From: a virus
Length of the DNA stretch: 64,000 nucleotides
Reading direction: 5' to 3' (one strand)
Virus record (IMG/VR): IMGVR_UViG_3300024581_001100
Span: 18,995 to 82,994 of that record
The position numbers and the translations under genes are program-made. This document shows positions 9,562-18,315 of this stretch, in pieces. The notes below the pieces were generated by a model, which saw nothing but the letters and a program-made list of their open reading frames with translations, was not told where the DNA came from and searched no databases. How positions within the stretch are numbered: the first letter of the stretch is position 1; each line of letters starts with the position of its first letter.

Positions 9562-10110
9562 GTGAAATTTATGAGTAAATCTTGGAAAAACGGTGACATA
9601 TACAGATGGTCTTGGAACGACGATGAATATGATAAACGAGGGCTAGAGATACAGTCGGGTACACTGTATTGGTGTTGTAGTCGTATAGGTATTGTGGATG
9701 AAGACTACCTTGTAGACACATATTGGGGTTATGGCAGTAATAATAAGTTCTTCACTAAAGAACAATGTACAGAAAAGATTGACCTAGTGTATGTAGGTAA
9801 TATAAATGAGTTGGAAGAAGCAGACCCTAGACAAAGGGCATACTACTTAGACGAAGATTGTGTAGATTTACGGCACGCGAATAACAGATCTGATAGTAAC
9901 TTCTATATACGTAAAGGTGCTAAGAAGAACTTAGATAAAATGAAGCGTGTACTGCAAAGAGAGATACGTGATAAAGAGGAATCTATTGAGTATGTCCTTA
10001 GTCAGATAAAAAATAGTAAATCACTACTGCAAGAACTTACAGAAGATAGTAATATGTGCTTAGATAAAGAAACTTGTTTAAGTGATACATATTGGAGGGG
10101 TGAAGGATGA
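9562..10110 (+). CDS. hypothetical protein
   Basis: ORF, AGGAG SD. Confidence 0.75.
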   Translation: MKFMSKSWKNGDIYRWSWNDDEYDKRGLEIQSGTLYWCCSRIGIVDEDYLVDTYWGYGSNNKFFTKEQCTEKIDLVYVGNINELEEADPRQRAYYLDEDCVDLRHANNRSDSNFYIRKGAKKNLDKMKRVLQREIRDKEESIEYVLSQIKNSKSLLQELTEDSNMCLDKETCLSDTYWRGEG

Positions 10111-10358
10111 CAAGAGTGCTAGATCAAGTACTATACAAAGATGAAGTAGTAGAACACATACGTAAAATATTCCCTAACACAAAGTGGCGTAGTAATGAGA
10201 AGGAATCTTGGGTAGAAGTGGAACATAAAGAGAAAGAATACGGAGTTAGATTTTCAGGCATTAGAGGTTATATAATGTACGCTATCCCTACAGAGGATGT
10301 AGCTTTAGATATGGTGTGTTGTATAACTAAGGAAATTCTAAAGGAGAAGAAATCATGA
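10107..10358 (+). CDS. hypothetical protein
   Basis: ORF, ATGA overlap. Confidence 0.65.
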   Translation: MTRVLDQVLYKDEVVEHIRKIFPNTKWRSNEKESWVEVEHKEKEYGVRFSGIRGYIMYAIPTEDVALDMVCCITKEILKEKKS

Positions 10359-10561
10359 AAGTGACATTATTAAACGCTGGCGGTTATGTAGGTTTAGAGG
10401 AAGTAGACTTCCCCGTTGAAGTGGAAGGTAAATTATTAGAGACAGGCTCATTCTCTATCAAAGGAGAAGAACTTATTTTTATAGGGGGCGAATACGAAGC
10501 ATTTGATTTCTCCTTTAGTTATATGTTTTTATCTCATAATTGTAAAGTAAGAGAGTATTAA
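10355..10561 (+). CDS. hypothetical protein
   Basis: ORF, AAGGAG SD. Confidence 0.7.
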   Translation: MKVTLLNAGGYVGLEEVDFPVEVEGKLLETGSFSIKGEELIFIGGEYEAFDFSFSYMFLSHNCKVREY

Positions 10562-10563
10562 CC

Positions 10564-10782
10564 ATGGAATACATTAATTGGCTAAAGCCAGAACCAGCGT
10601 TGTATGACTTCCTAGTAGATATGTGGTCAAGGGATTTATCTTATGAGGATGTTAAAGTGTATTGTATGGATTTATTTAATAAGAATCTTTTAGAGAATGA
10701 GTGGGAGTTATTTGATTCACTCCTTTTTGCACAATATGAAAGAGAGATGGGAGGAGTAGAATGGATAGAGAAGAAACCATAA
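10564..10782 (+). CDS. hypothetical protein
   Basis: ORF in operon. Confidence 0.6.
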   Translation: MEYINWLKPEPALYDFLVDMWSRDLSYEDVKVYCMDLFNKNLLENEWELFDSLLFAQYEREMGGVEWIEKKP

Positions 10783-10931
10783 AACTAATTAAAGAAGAAT
10801 TGGCGGTAACAATATACACATATGTAGAACCTAAGATATGGGACAAAGGGAATCATCTAGAAATTAAGGTGCAGCTAAGTATAGCAGGTGACACTTTCTA
10901 CGAAGATAGTGATTTTGTGGATATTGATTAG
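10761..10931 (+). CDS. small hypothetical protein (56 aa, not in ORF track)
   Basis: GGAGGAG SD before ATG 10761. Confidence 0.6.
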   Translation: MDREETIKLIKEELAVTIYTYVEPKIWDKGNHLEIKVQLSIAGDTFYEDSDFVDID

Positions 10932-10943
10932 AGGAGGTAGATA

Positions 10944-11216
10944 GTGATTAGAACAAAGATTGAAGAAAGAACAGTAGGAAAGGAGGTCAGATTCTACCCT
11001 ATGGTAGAGAAGAAGAAGAAGGGATTATTTTCTCGTAAGAATAAATGGGTAGAGTTTACAGAACTTGGAGGGAATGTTTTTGATGACTGGGAGGAGGTAG
11101 TATATTTTGATAAGTTAAGGGACGCAAAAGCATTCCTTGGCAACTATCTAATCAATGAGGGTCAGTGTGAGAGAATAACACATTGGTATCCTGAATATGC
11201 AGAGGAGGTAGTGTGA
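10944..11216 (+). CDS. hypothetical protein
   Basis: GAGGAGG SD, GTG start. Confidence 0.7.
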   Translation: MIRTKIEERTVGKEVRFYPMVEKKKKGLFSRKNKWVEFTELGGNVFDDWEEVVYFDKLRDAKAFLGNYLINEGQCERITHWYPEYAEEVV

Positions 11217-11473
11217 TGGAAACTCCGATCACAGTAGGCAACTTTAAGATACACTGTGTAAAAGACGTACCTATTAAGAAAAAAGTACTACGTACATGGA
11301 AGGAGAGATTATCTATTAGTAAAGATGAACTATTTTTCTTCAATCCTTTTAATAAGTACAAAGAGGTAATAGAGTACCAAAAACTAATACCAGACGGTGA
11401 GGTTATTTTTAACGACAATAACGTATACTGTAATGAACATATGTTTAATGAAGCTAGTAAGAAGATATTATAA
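11213..11473 (+). CDS. hypothetical protein
   Basis: ORF, GAGGAGG SD, last gene of the + operon. Confidence 0.65.
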   Translation: MMETPITVGNFKIHCVKDVPIKKKVLRTWKERLSISKDELFFFNPFNKYKEVIEYQKLIPDGEVIFNDNNVYCNEHMFNEASKKIL

Positions 11474-11496
11474 GAAACCCTCTCCTCTCGCCAGAC

Positions 11497-11524
11497 GCTC
11501 TCTAAGCAATTTAGGGAGCTTTTT
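11497..11524 (+). terminator. rho-independent terminator (part of the dispersed palindromic family)
   Basis: gctctctaa-gcaat-ttagggagc then ttttt. Confidence 0.65.
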
Positions 11525-12075
11525 GCTACTTACTAGTACAACAGGGTAAATATCTAAAGATATCCTCTCTACGGCTTATACAGAGCCGTATACAGCCATA
11601 TATCCCTCCTACAATCCCCACTATTACAATATCTCAGTAAAACCTCTCAAAAACCCTCATTAATATGCAAAATACTAACACCCTTATAAATCAATAACTT
11701 ACTATTTTACCTATTCTTAAAAATATCATGTAAATATTTGATAGTATTAACATTTATCAAGAATTGATAAGAACCTCTGACAGTGGTGTTATAGAGTATT
11801 TTTTAATACTTTTGTATACCCTAAACTACAGTTTACTTCGATACCCCTATTTCCCTGTAATTTCCCTTTTCCTAAAAATACATTCCCCTAAAATTTCACT
11901 TTCAGAAATATCACCCTCCTCTAAAATATTCTCTATGAGAAATATCCTTGGTTCATGTGTGGGCTTATTTATAAGTTCATGTGTTTGGGTGTTGAAGGGA
12001 GGCCCTCACCGAATACCATTTCTCTGCGTAAATGTCAAATATCAATATGTTCTATCTACCTAACTAAAATGCATA

Positions 12076-12214
12076 TGAATACTTATGCTTCAAAAGTGAA
12101 TACTCTTGCGTATAGCTGAATACTTATAAGATTGAATGTTTATGCGTTAAACCTGCATAAGTATGCTATTAGTAATCCTTGAATGAATATGCAATATTAG
12201 TGAATAAGTATTCA
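12076..12214. repeat. iteron-like TGAATACTTATGC repeat cluster
   Basis: copies at 12076, 12097, 12117, 12133 (direct), 12155 and 12201 (inverted). Confidence 0.75.
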
Positions 12215-12285
12215 TTACTGAAAATGACTGGCAACTAGTACACATTGGAACACTTATTGCTATGTAGCACATTCTATGCCAAGTA

Positions 12286-12339
12286 TTATCCACAAGTATT
12301 CCCTTTAAAGCTGTCCCTTGTGTAAAAGCTTGTGTATAA
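12286..12339. promoter_or_regulatory. three DnaA boxes
   Basis: TTATCCACA 12286-12294 (+); TTTTACACA 12319-12327 (-); TTATACACA 12331-12339 (-); all fit TTWTNCACA. Confidence 0.65.
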
Positions 12340-13075
12340 GTGTCGAATTCTTTCTGTATAGCCTTGTGTGGGTACTTCTTACTAGTAGTAATACACTTTA
12401 TTAGCTTAAACCTTTATACGCTTAGAATGGCGTATAAGCGCTATTATAGGTATATACCTTTTTGTTAGGTTATTATACTAAAATAAACTTGGCACACTAT
12501 GTGCTATAGCAAGACTTATCCCATTTTGTCGTTTTTTGTCGTTTTCATGTGACAATAATTTCTTAAAAGAATATATAAAGAAAATTACACCTTTATAACT
12601 ACGTTATAGAAGTCCCTGTATAAGGCTGTAAGAGTAAGTATAAATTACTGGTAGGATAGGGTTAGAAAGGTGTACTTTGTCTTCATAGAAGACGGTAGGG
12701 AACGTTTTACAAGGTAAAAAGAGTGGGATGTGGATTGGTTAATAAATTAACACAAAACCTTATTAAGTATCACAAGGGTTAGCAAGGTATAACACTATAA
12801 AGGTGTACTCCATTAACGTAGTTAATAAGATTCAATCCTATTACTAAAGTAATAAAGAACCCCTTATATGCGAGCATATAAAGCCCTATAAAAAGAGATC
12901 ACAAGATAGGGGTATGAATCCCACCAATAAGAAATAAAACCTCTTATAAAGCCCCTCGTTAACGTAGTTAACAAAAGTGTACTTCATTACGTTGTAATAA
13001 GTGGCAAGCTTTTTTGCTAGGTGTATTCAGTGTAAGAGTGTATGCAATAAATAGACCATGTTATTGCAAGGCAAT

Positions 13076-13104
13076 AAAAAAGGCACTGTTTAAAGTGCCT
13101 TTTT
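13076..13104. terminator. bidirectional rho-independent terminator
   Basis: aaaaaaggcac-tgtttaaa-gtgccttttt. Confidence 0.85.
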
Positions 13105-13117
13105 AGTAGTGTGTTTA

Positions 13118-13327
13118 TTAGTCTTTAAATGTGTGACAACGTATAAAAGAGTAACACTGTGAAAATGATTTCCCGTTATTTTGGAATTTATGTAGTACTC
13201 CTGTTTTACTTAAGCTTTGCAGATCTTCTACTCTATATGCACCATCTTCAGTAGAATTGATATTAACAGCACCTAGATTGTGAAAATCCGCTAAAGTTTC
13301 AATAGTAAGAGCTTGCTCTAATAACAT
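13118..13327 (-). CDS. hypothetical early protein
   Basis: ORF, AGGA SD, upstream promoter TTGCAC(13411-13406)-N16-TATACT(13389-13384). Confidence 0.7.
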   Translation of the reverse strand: MLLEQALTIETLADFHNLGAVNINSTEDGAYRVEDLQSLSKTGVLHKFQNNGKSFSQCYSFIRCHTFKD

Positions 13328-13548
13328 GATAATGATTCCTATTTTAGGTTGTGCCGTTGCTGTATTGCCTCGACTTGTTTCTAAGTATAGTGATTATTTT
13401 TCATTGTGCAAGTATTTTATAGAAAATAATTGAAATAATTTTAACGCTGTATAAAGCATTCTAAGGCGTTCAATTTTTAAGGTATACAATCGTATTAAGA
13501 AAGCTAGAAAAGCGCTACAATCAATTTGTAGCGCTTCTAATAGGTATG

Positions 13549-13824
13549 TTATTCATCTATAACACGGGATAAAATAACATTATTCTTTGCATAGACTTCT
13601 ATTGTAAAGTTATTCACTTCATAACGTCCAATTGGTAACAGTGTACACAATTGACAAACAACACGTTTGACCATTGCATTACCGACAAGATCATTGTTTT
13701 TCATATAATGAATTGCATCATTCAAAGCATGAATAAATACAGTAGTATTTTGATCACGTTTAAGATTATCGTTTAATGTGTCGATCTCGTTTTGTAACAG
13801 TTGTTTTTTGATAGCTTTTAACAT
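13549..13824 (-). CDS. hypothetical early protein
   Basis: ORF, AAGGT SD. Confidence 0.7.
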   Translation of the reverse strand: MLKAIKKQLLQNEIDTLNDNLKRDQNTTVFIHALNDAIHYMKNNDLVGNAMVKRVVCQLCTLLPIGRYEVNNFTIEVYAKNNVILSRVIDE

Positions 13825-13828
13825 TGTG

Positions 13829-14173
13829 TTATACCTTTAATAGTTTACTTTTATTAACAATCAACCCAGTTTCTACTTTAATTAAGTAATGTATATCAAA
13901 AACTTTTCGTAGTAGTGTATCAATATGATTATCATTAATATCTGGATAACCGCCAACCCATTGATCACGGGGTACACTATCAGAAATAATCTTTTCTCTT
14001 TCAATCGCTGGAATACTCCACCAAAGATCCCACCTAAAACGCTTTTTATAGTCCGATACATTAGGATTATTTTTTAGGTTGTTAATATGAACAGTTAGAC
14101 GGTTTTTTATGTTACTGTCTGTATTACATTCAACAAAGTTTTTTAGAGGTAACACACTGTTAAAAAGCTTCAT
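13829..14173 (-). CDS. hypothetical early protein (RFRWDLWW...NDNHIDTLLR)
   Basis: ORF, GGTG SD, upstream TTGATA-N17-TAGAAT. Confidence 0.75.
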   Translation of the reverse strand: MKLFNSVLPLKNFVECNTDSNIKNRLTVHINNLKNNPNVSDYKKRFRWDLWWSIPAIEREKIISDSVPRDQWVGGYPDINDNHIDTLLRKVFDIHYLIKVETGLIVNKSKLLKV

Positions 14174-14267
14174 AATAGTTTCACCATTGTTTTATTGTGA
14201 CGTTTAAAGAGTCTTAATTCTAAGCTATCAATAAATTGTTATCAATAGCTTAGTGTTAAAAACCTTT

Positions 14268-14393
14268 TTACACCTCGTATCTATTAAATTTTGATTTGCG
14301 GATCTTGCGTTGCTCTTTTATCTGCTTTCTTTCCTGCTTGCTTGGCTTGCTTTCAACGTCTGCTTTTCTATCATAGCTTTTCGAGTTATACAT
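14268..14393 (-). CDS. small highly basic peptide (41 aa, not in ORF track)
   Basis: MYNSKSYDRKADVESKPSKQERKQIKEQRKIRKSKFNRYEV; AAGGA SD. Confidence 0.65.
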   Translation of the reverse strand: MYNSKSYDRKADVESKPSKQERKQIKEQRKIRKSKFNRYEV

Positions 14394-14410
14394 TGTTTGT
14401 TTTTCCTTAA

Positions 14411-15229
14411 TTAATATGTAAAACCTAAAGACTCAACGTCTTTTCTAAATTCTTTTAATAATTTAGGTAAACGTTTTTCGAGTAATTTACGATCTTGTAA
14501 TTGTTCTAACGTAGCATTTTCCCAAATTGCGCTAGAACGCGCAGCCTCTAAATTAGGTGTTACTTCTTTAGCCCATGCAATAGGTTTTTTAATGATAACA
14601 GGTTTAAAATTTTGTAACAATTCTAAAAATTCGGTTGCTTCCCGTTTATTACTAAATAGTGTGTCATACCAAGGATCGCGGGTGTTCGGGTTTTCAGGCA
14701 CAAATTTTGAAAGCGTCCAATTAGAGCTATATATATGAGAATCATCTTTTTTCGGGACTTCTACAACTTCAATATCATCAAAGTTTTCGCGGTCTGTTAT
14801 CCATTCAAAAAAACCTTTTCTCTTTTCTGAAAAAGTGATCGGGACACCTTCAAACTTTAAACGCTTTTCAAATTTAACAGGATCCCCAACTTTAGCGCCG
14901 TTAGTGTCGCAAGTTCTAGCATGGTATAAAGTATTAGCTATGTAATGCATCGGCCCATCAGTTGAACATAAGTGCCATTTAATTAAGTGTGAAAGTTCAG
15001 GAAAATGTTTTTCTATTACATCATGGATACAACCCCCCATAATACAAGCGCGATCTGTCCTTCTACCATGTTTGTATACACTACCCGTAATAGAAAAAGA
15101 ATTGTGACCATTACCGCAACAATTATCATGGCGTACTTCTACAAAGATATCAACTTTATTATCATCAATAGAATTATCTAAAACTGTTTTTGTGAAAACT
15201 TTTTTCTGGTTTTTAACTAATGTAGACAT
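14411..15229 (-). CDS. conserved phage protein with Cys/His motifs (NGHNSFSITG...GGCIH...KWHL.STDGPMHY)
   Basis: ORF, AAGGT SD, promoter TTGACA(15305-15300)-N16-TACAAT. Confidence 0.8.
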   Translation of the reverse strand: MSTLVKNQKKVFTKTVLDNSIDDNKVDIFVEVRHDNCCGNGHNSFSITGSVYKHGRRTDRACIMGGCIHDVIEKHFPELSHLIKWHLCSTDGPMHYIANTLYHARTCDTNGAKVGDPVKFEKRLKFEGVPITFSEKRKGFFEWITDRENFDDIEVVEVPKKDDSHIYSSNWTLSKFVPENPNTRDPWYDTLFSNKREATEFLELLQNFKPVIIKKPIAWAKEVTPNLEAARSSAIWENATLEQLQDRKLLEKRLPKLLKEFRKDVESLGFTY

Positions 15230-15311
15230 TTTAATTACCTTTAAAAATTTAATTGATTGTCTTAAGTGACAACGCTAATTGTACATAGTGTTTTAGCGCT
15301 GTCAACTGTTT

Positions 15312-15536
15312 TTATAAAAGATTGTTTAAAAAAGATTGTTCTACTACATCCGCATTTATACTGCATAACCACTTGTTAATGTGTCGTGTGGTAGTACTAC
15401 TATATTTAGTAGATGTTTTAACATAACGACCGCTTGAAAGCATAGCCGCTACTGGCGTATTGTAAGAATGAAAAACTACAGTGCCACAATTTAAAACAAC
15501 TTCAGTTTGATTGTTACCAAGTGTATTAATTTTCAT
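15312..15536 (-). CDS. conserved small early phage protein (SYxTxVA...YSxTTxRH)
   Basis: ORF, AAGGTG SD, promoter TTGACA-N17-TATATT near 15570-15597. Confidence 0.75.
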   Translation of the reverse strand: MKINTLGNNQTEVVLNCGTVVFHSYNTPVAAMLSSGRYVKTSTKYSSTTTRHINKWLCSINADVVEQSFLNNLL

Positions 15537-15606
15537 AACCTTTTCACCTTTTGTTTAATTGAGTGCCTAATATAAAGACACTATTTTGAAGTGTCAACTA
15601 TTTTTA

Positions 15607-15930
15607 TTAATTAATTGTGTTTAAAATTTCTTTACCTTTTGCGATCAATTGTTCAGCATTACAAGCTGGTATGCCTTGATCACTTGCTATCTTTTCAATA
15701 GTCAGATAGTTGTTAATATATTCAATATAAAAATACATTGGTAAAATGTATTTAAGATAGACACTTATACAATACTTAGATAAAACACAATGCTTCAAAC
15801 TATCTTTACATTGTTCAACGTTTAAAAACTTAGCAGTATGATAACAGTTGTTTAGGTCAATAGATTGAGACTCGATCAAGCTTGCCTCAATTGCGCGAAT
15901 ATATTTTACAACGTCTTTATTAATAACCAT
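15607..15930 (-). CDS. hypothetical early protein
   Basis: ORF, TAAGGT SD, promoter TTGACA-N17-TACGAT near 15962-15990. Confidence 0.65.
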   Translation of the reverse strand: MVINKDVVKYIRAIEASLIESQSIDLNNCYHTAKFLNVEQCKDSLKHCVLSKYCISVYLKYILPMYFYIEYINNYLTIEKIASDQGIPACNAEQLIAKGKEILNTIN

Positions 15931-15986
15931 GTTTAAAACCTTATTTATTGATTGAGTGTTAATCGTATATAACTATTGTTTAATTG

Positions 15987-16322
15987 TCAATAGCTTTTTT
16001 TTTTAGGGTCATAACAAGATAATTCATATTTACCATAAGGACTATTATTCCAATTTGTACCACTACAACAGAAAAGAAACCATAGCGGATCGCAATCATT
16101 GAAAGTGTTTATATATCTAAACTCATTTTCAAATTTATCATACAACTTTTTAACAGTAGATGTATAAGCCATATCAACACCTCTACTGTTAAAAATAGAT
16201 ACCGATCCCATATTCCACACAATAACCCAGCTGTAACGCTCTAATATTGGTGCAATCTCATTCTGAAAATAAGAATCTAAAACATCCGCCGTTATTGTTT
16301 CTATCTGCTTGGCATATTCCAT
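15987..16322 (-). CDS. hypothetical early protein
   Basis: AAGGT SD before ATG 16322; promoter TTGACT-N18-TAGTCT 16394-16365. Confidence 0.65.
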   Translation of the reverse strand: MEYAKQIETITADVLDSYFQNEIAPILERYSWVIVWNMGSVSIFNSRGVDMAYTSTVKKLYDKFENEFRYINTFNDCDPLWFLFCCSGTNWNNSPYGKYELSCYDPKKKSY

Positions 16323-16515
16323 AATTTTAAACCTTTTATTTAGTTGTGTTGGTTGACGTAGCAAAGACTAGCAAAAGTTATATAAGAAAGTCAAACCTTT
16401 TTATTATTCTATTTAGATCTAAGCTTATTCATTTTTGTTCTTTACAATACGTTATATTAGTGTATATTTTGAGTTGTTCGAGGCAATACCGCCAATTAAT
16501 GGAAAAGGTGAAAAG

Positions 16516-16761
16516 ATGAATAATTTACCACATTTTTATGACCCCGAAAGTAATAGTAGAAAAGAAAACTTTAAATTATTGAAAGATCATTACAATAGTT
16601 TAGAGCATTCAATAAATAACAGTTATTACGATGATAAGTTCTATAATATGAGTTTATCAGAGTCTATTGTATACTGGGCAGAAAATGAAAGCGAAAAAGC
16701 TCATTTTTGCGCAAAAATTTATTTAAAACAATATAAAGAATATTTACATCAAAATTATTAA
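16516..16761 (+). CDS. hypothetical early protein (divergent)
   Basis: AAGGTG SD before ATG 16516. Confidence 0.6.
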   Translation: MNNLPHFYDPESNSRKENFKLLKDHYNSLEHSINNSYYDDKFYNMSLSESIVYWAENESEKAHFCAKIYLKQYKEYLHQNY

Positions 16762-16784
16762 TAAAAAAAAACTTTCAAAAGCGC

Positions 16785-16813
16785 TTGCATTGTGTGAGCG
16801 CCTATAATACAAT
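16785..16813 (+). promoter_or_regulatory. sigma70-type promoter with A-rich UP element
   Basis: TTGCAT-N17-TACAAT preceded by an A-tract; no long ORF downstream. Confidence 0.55.
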
Positions 16814-17203
16814 ACTTGTATTGAATGGTTATGGCTACTGAATCCGTAGAAGATAAACACCGACTGATCCTGATATTTACCACACCATGCATTCTTCATG
16901 CCAATATTTAAAATTATTTATTTTAAGCAATAAGCTTGCCAAGCTGTCATTTATTTTATGAATAGGATTTTATAAGGGAAGTATTTTGAAAGGAATATTT
17001 TGTGAAGTGTAACTCTGTCAATCAGGGTCGTGTCTAGTACTTTTGTCTAATCAGCTTTCCATCTAGCCTAAAATTTTTCTAGCCAATGAAAATCGTAAAC
17101 GGTTCTAGGCTAGTGAATTTTCTATCGAGTTCTAAAGAAAGAATGCTCTAGCCTTAATAACTTTTGTCTCAGGGACTAGAGCATAATGAAATGACTGTCG
17201 ATC

Positions 17204-17659
17204 CTAAAATAAGTATCTAATCTTTTGTAAAAATGTCAGTGATTGAAAATTCTTTTCTTTACTGGCTAATACCTTTTCCCTTTCATCTAGTTCTTTTTCT
17301 TTCTTTTCAACAGATTCTTCTCTGTTTTGGACAGATAATTTTTCTATGTCAAACTGGGACAGAATATTTTCTAGTTCTAACCTAAAAGTATTTAAATCTA
17401 AAGAGTATTCAGACTCTAATAGGTTAAGATTTCTCAATATCTCGTCTTTAACGTGGAATCTATAGTCTTTCCAGTCAAATGTGTGAGAACGGAGGTAATT
17501 ATCATAGTAGGTGGTTCTAGGTTTTACTGTTATATAGTGCTTTTTTACCCCATCTTGGAGTAGTTGTGAGGTTTTATTAAACAACTCTTGTGCCTCTTCT
17601 TTCCCGTCTAACCACTCCTCGTACTCAGACAAGTTCATTGTAATTTTCTTTTCTTGCAT
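17204..17659 (-). CDS. hypothetical coiled-coil protein
   Basis: ORF, GAGGAG SD. Confidence 0.75.
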   Translation of the reverse strand: MQEKKITMNLSEYEEWLDGKEEAQELFNKTSQLLQDGVKKHYITVKPRTTYYDNYLRSHTFDWKDYRFHVKDEILRNLNLLESEYSLDLNTFRLELENILSQFDIEKLSVQNREESVEKKEKELDEREKVLASKEKNFQSLTFLQKIRYLF

Positions 17660-17681
17660 TCAAATTCTCCTCTATTTGCTT

Positions 17682-17766
17682 CTGTACGCCTCTCTAAGAA
17701 GACTTCTCTATATACTTAATGCAATGGTACTAGCTATAGTAGAAATCTTCTCAGGGACGTTTACAG
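17682..17766. repeat. dispersed palindromic element, copy B
   Basis: arm ctgtacgcctctctaagaagacttct, core gcaatggtacta, inverted arm agaaatcttctcagggacgtttacag. Confidence 0.75.
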
Positions 17767-18036
17767 GGCTTGTTTTAGTAACTTACTTCTTGCTGCTAGT
17801 TCTGCTTCTTCAATACTTTTATGCCCAAAAGTAAATATACTGTTATACCCTATTAAAATTTCCTTTTCATAACCCTCCACTCTGCCACAAGAACACTCTT
17901 TTCGATAAGTTACAACGTAGTCAGTAGATATCTTTTCATCACCAACTATAAAAGGTGTAGGTTTAATAGACTCAAAGTATATATACTTAGGTTTATAACC
18001 ATGAAATAGGGTACAGTATAATTTGCGTTTATTCAT
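17761..18036 (-). CDS. hypothetical protein
   Basis: ORF in operon. Confidence 0.65.
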   Translation of the reverse strand: MNKRKLYCTLFHGYKPKYIYFESIKPTPFIVGDEKISTDYVVTYRKECSCGRVEGYEKEILIGYNSIFTFGHKSIEEAELAARSKLLKQAL

Positions 18037-18039
18037 ATT

Positions 18040-18315
18040 TTAGCACTTAAACACTAAAGGTTTACTTCTAGGAATATTATGATTGTGGGGTTTCATCTTT
18101 GGGGAAAGCACGCTTGCACTGGCCGAATAACTATAGTGGTAATAGACAACCCCATTAATACACACTTCGTTCACTTTGTTAGTGATATCCTTAATCACTT
18201 TCTCCTTTACAGGAGGAGGTACTTGTTCACCTTTCTCATTCAAATAGATTACTTCTTTCTCTACACAGCCAGAGAGAAAAGCAACTAGGCTTAGTGATAA
18301 TAATAATTTATTCAT
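18040..18315 (-). CDS. putative lipoprotein
   Basis: signal peptide with lipobox FLSGC. Confidence 0.75.
   Translation of the reverse strand: MNKLLLSLSLVAFLSGCVEKEVIYLNEKGEQVPPPVKEKVIKDITNKVNEVCINGVVYYHYSYSASASVLSPKMKPHNHNIPRSKPLVFKC

Noticed and set aside
11764-12063. 99-aa + strand ORF in the non-coding region
   Set aside because: No SD, low-complexity I/S/L/P composition from pyrimidine tracts; probably spurious.
12905-12928. ggggtatgaatcccacca resembling a tRNA T-arm and CCA end
   Set aside because: T-loop deviates from TTCGA and no D-arm or anticodon arm can be folded upstream.
12076-12983. Possible CRISPR or mini-array
   Set aside because: Repeats are only 11-15 bp, irregularly spaced, in both orientations, with no unique spacers of constant length and no cas genes.
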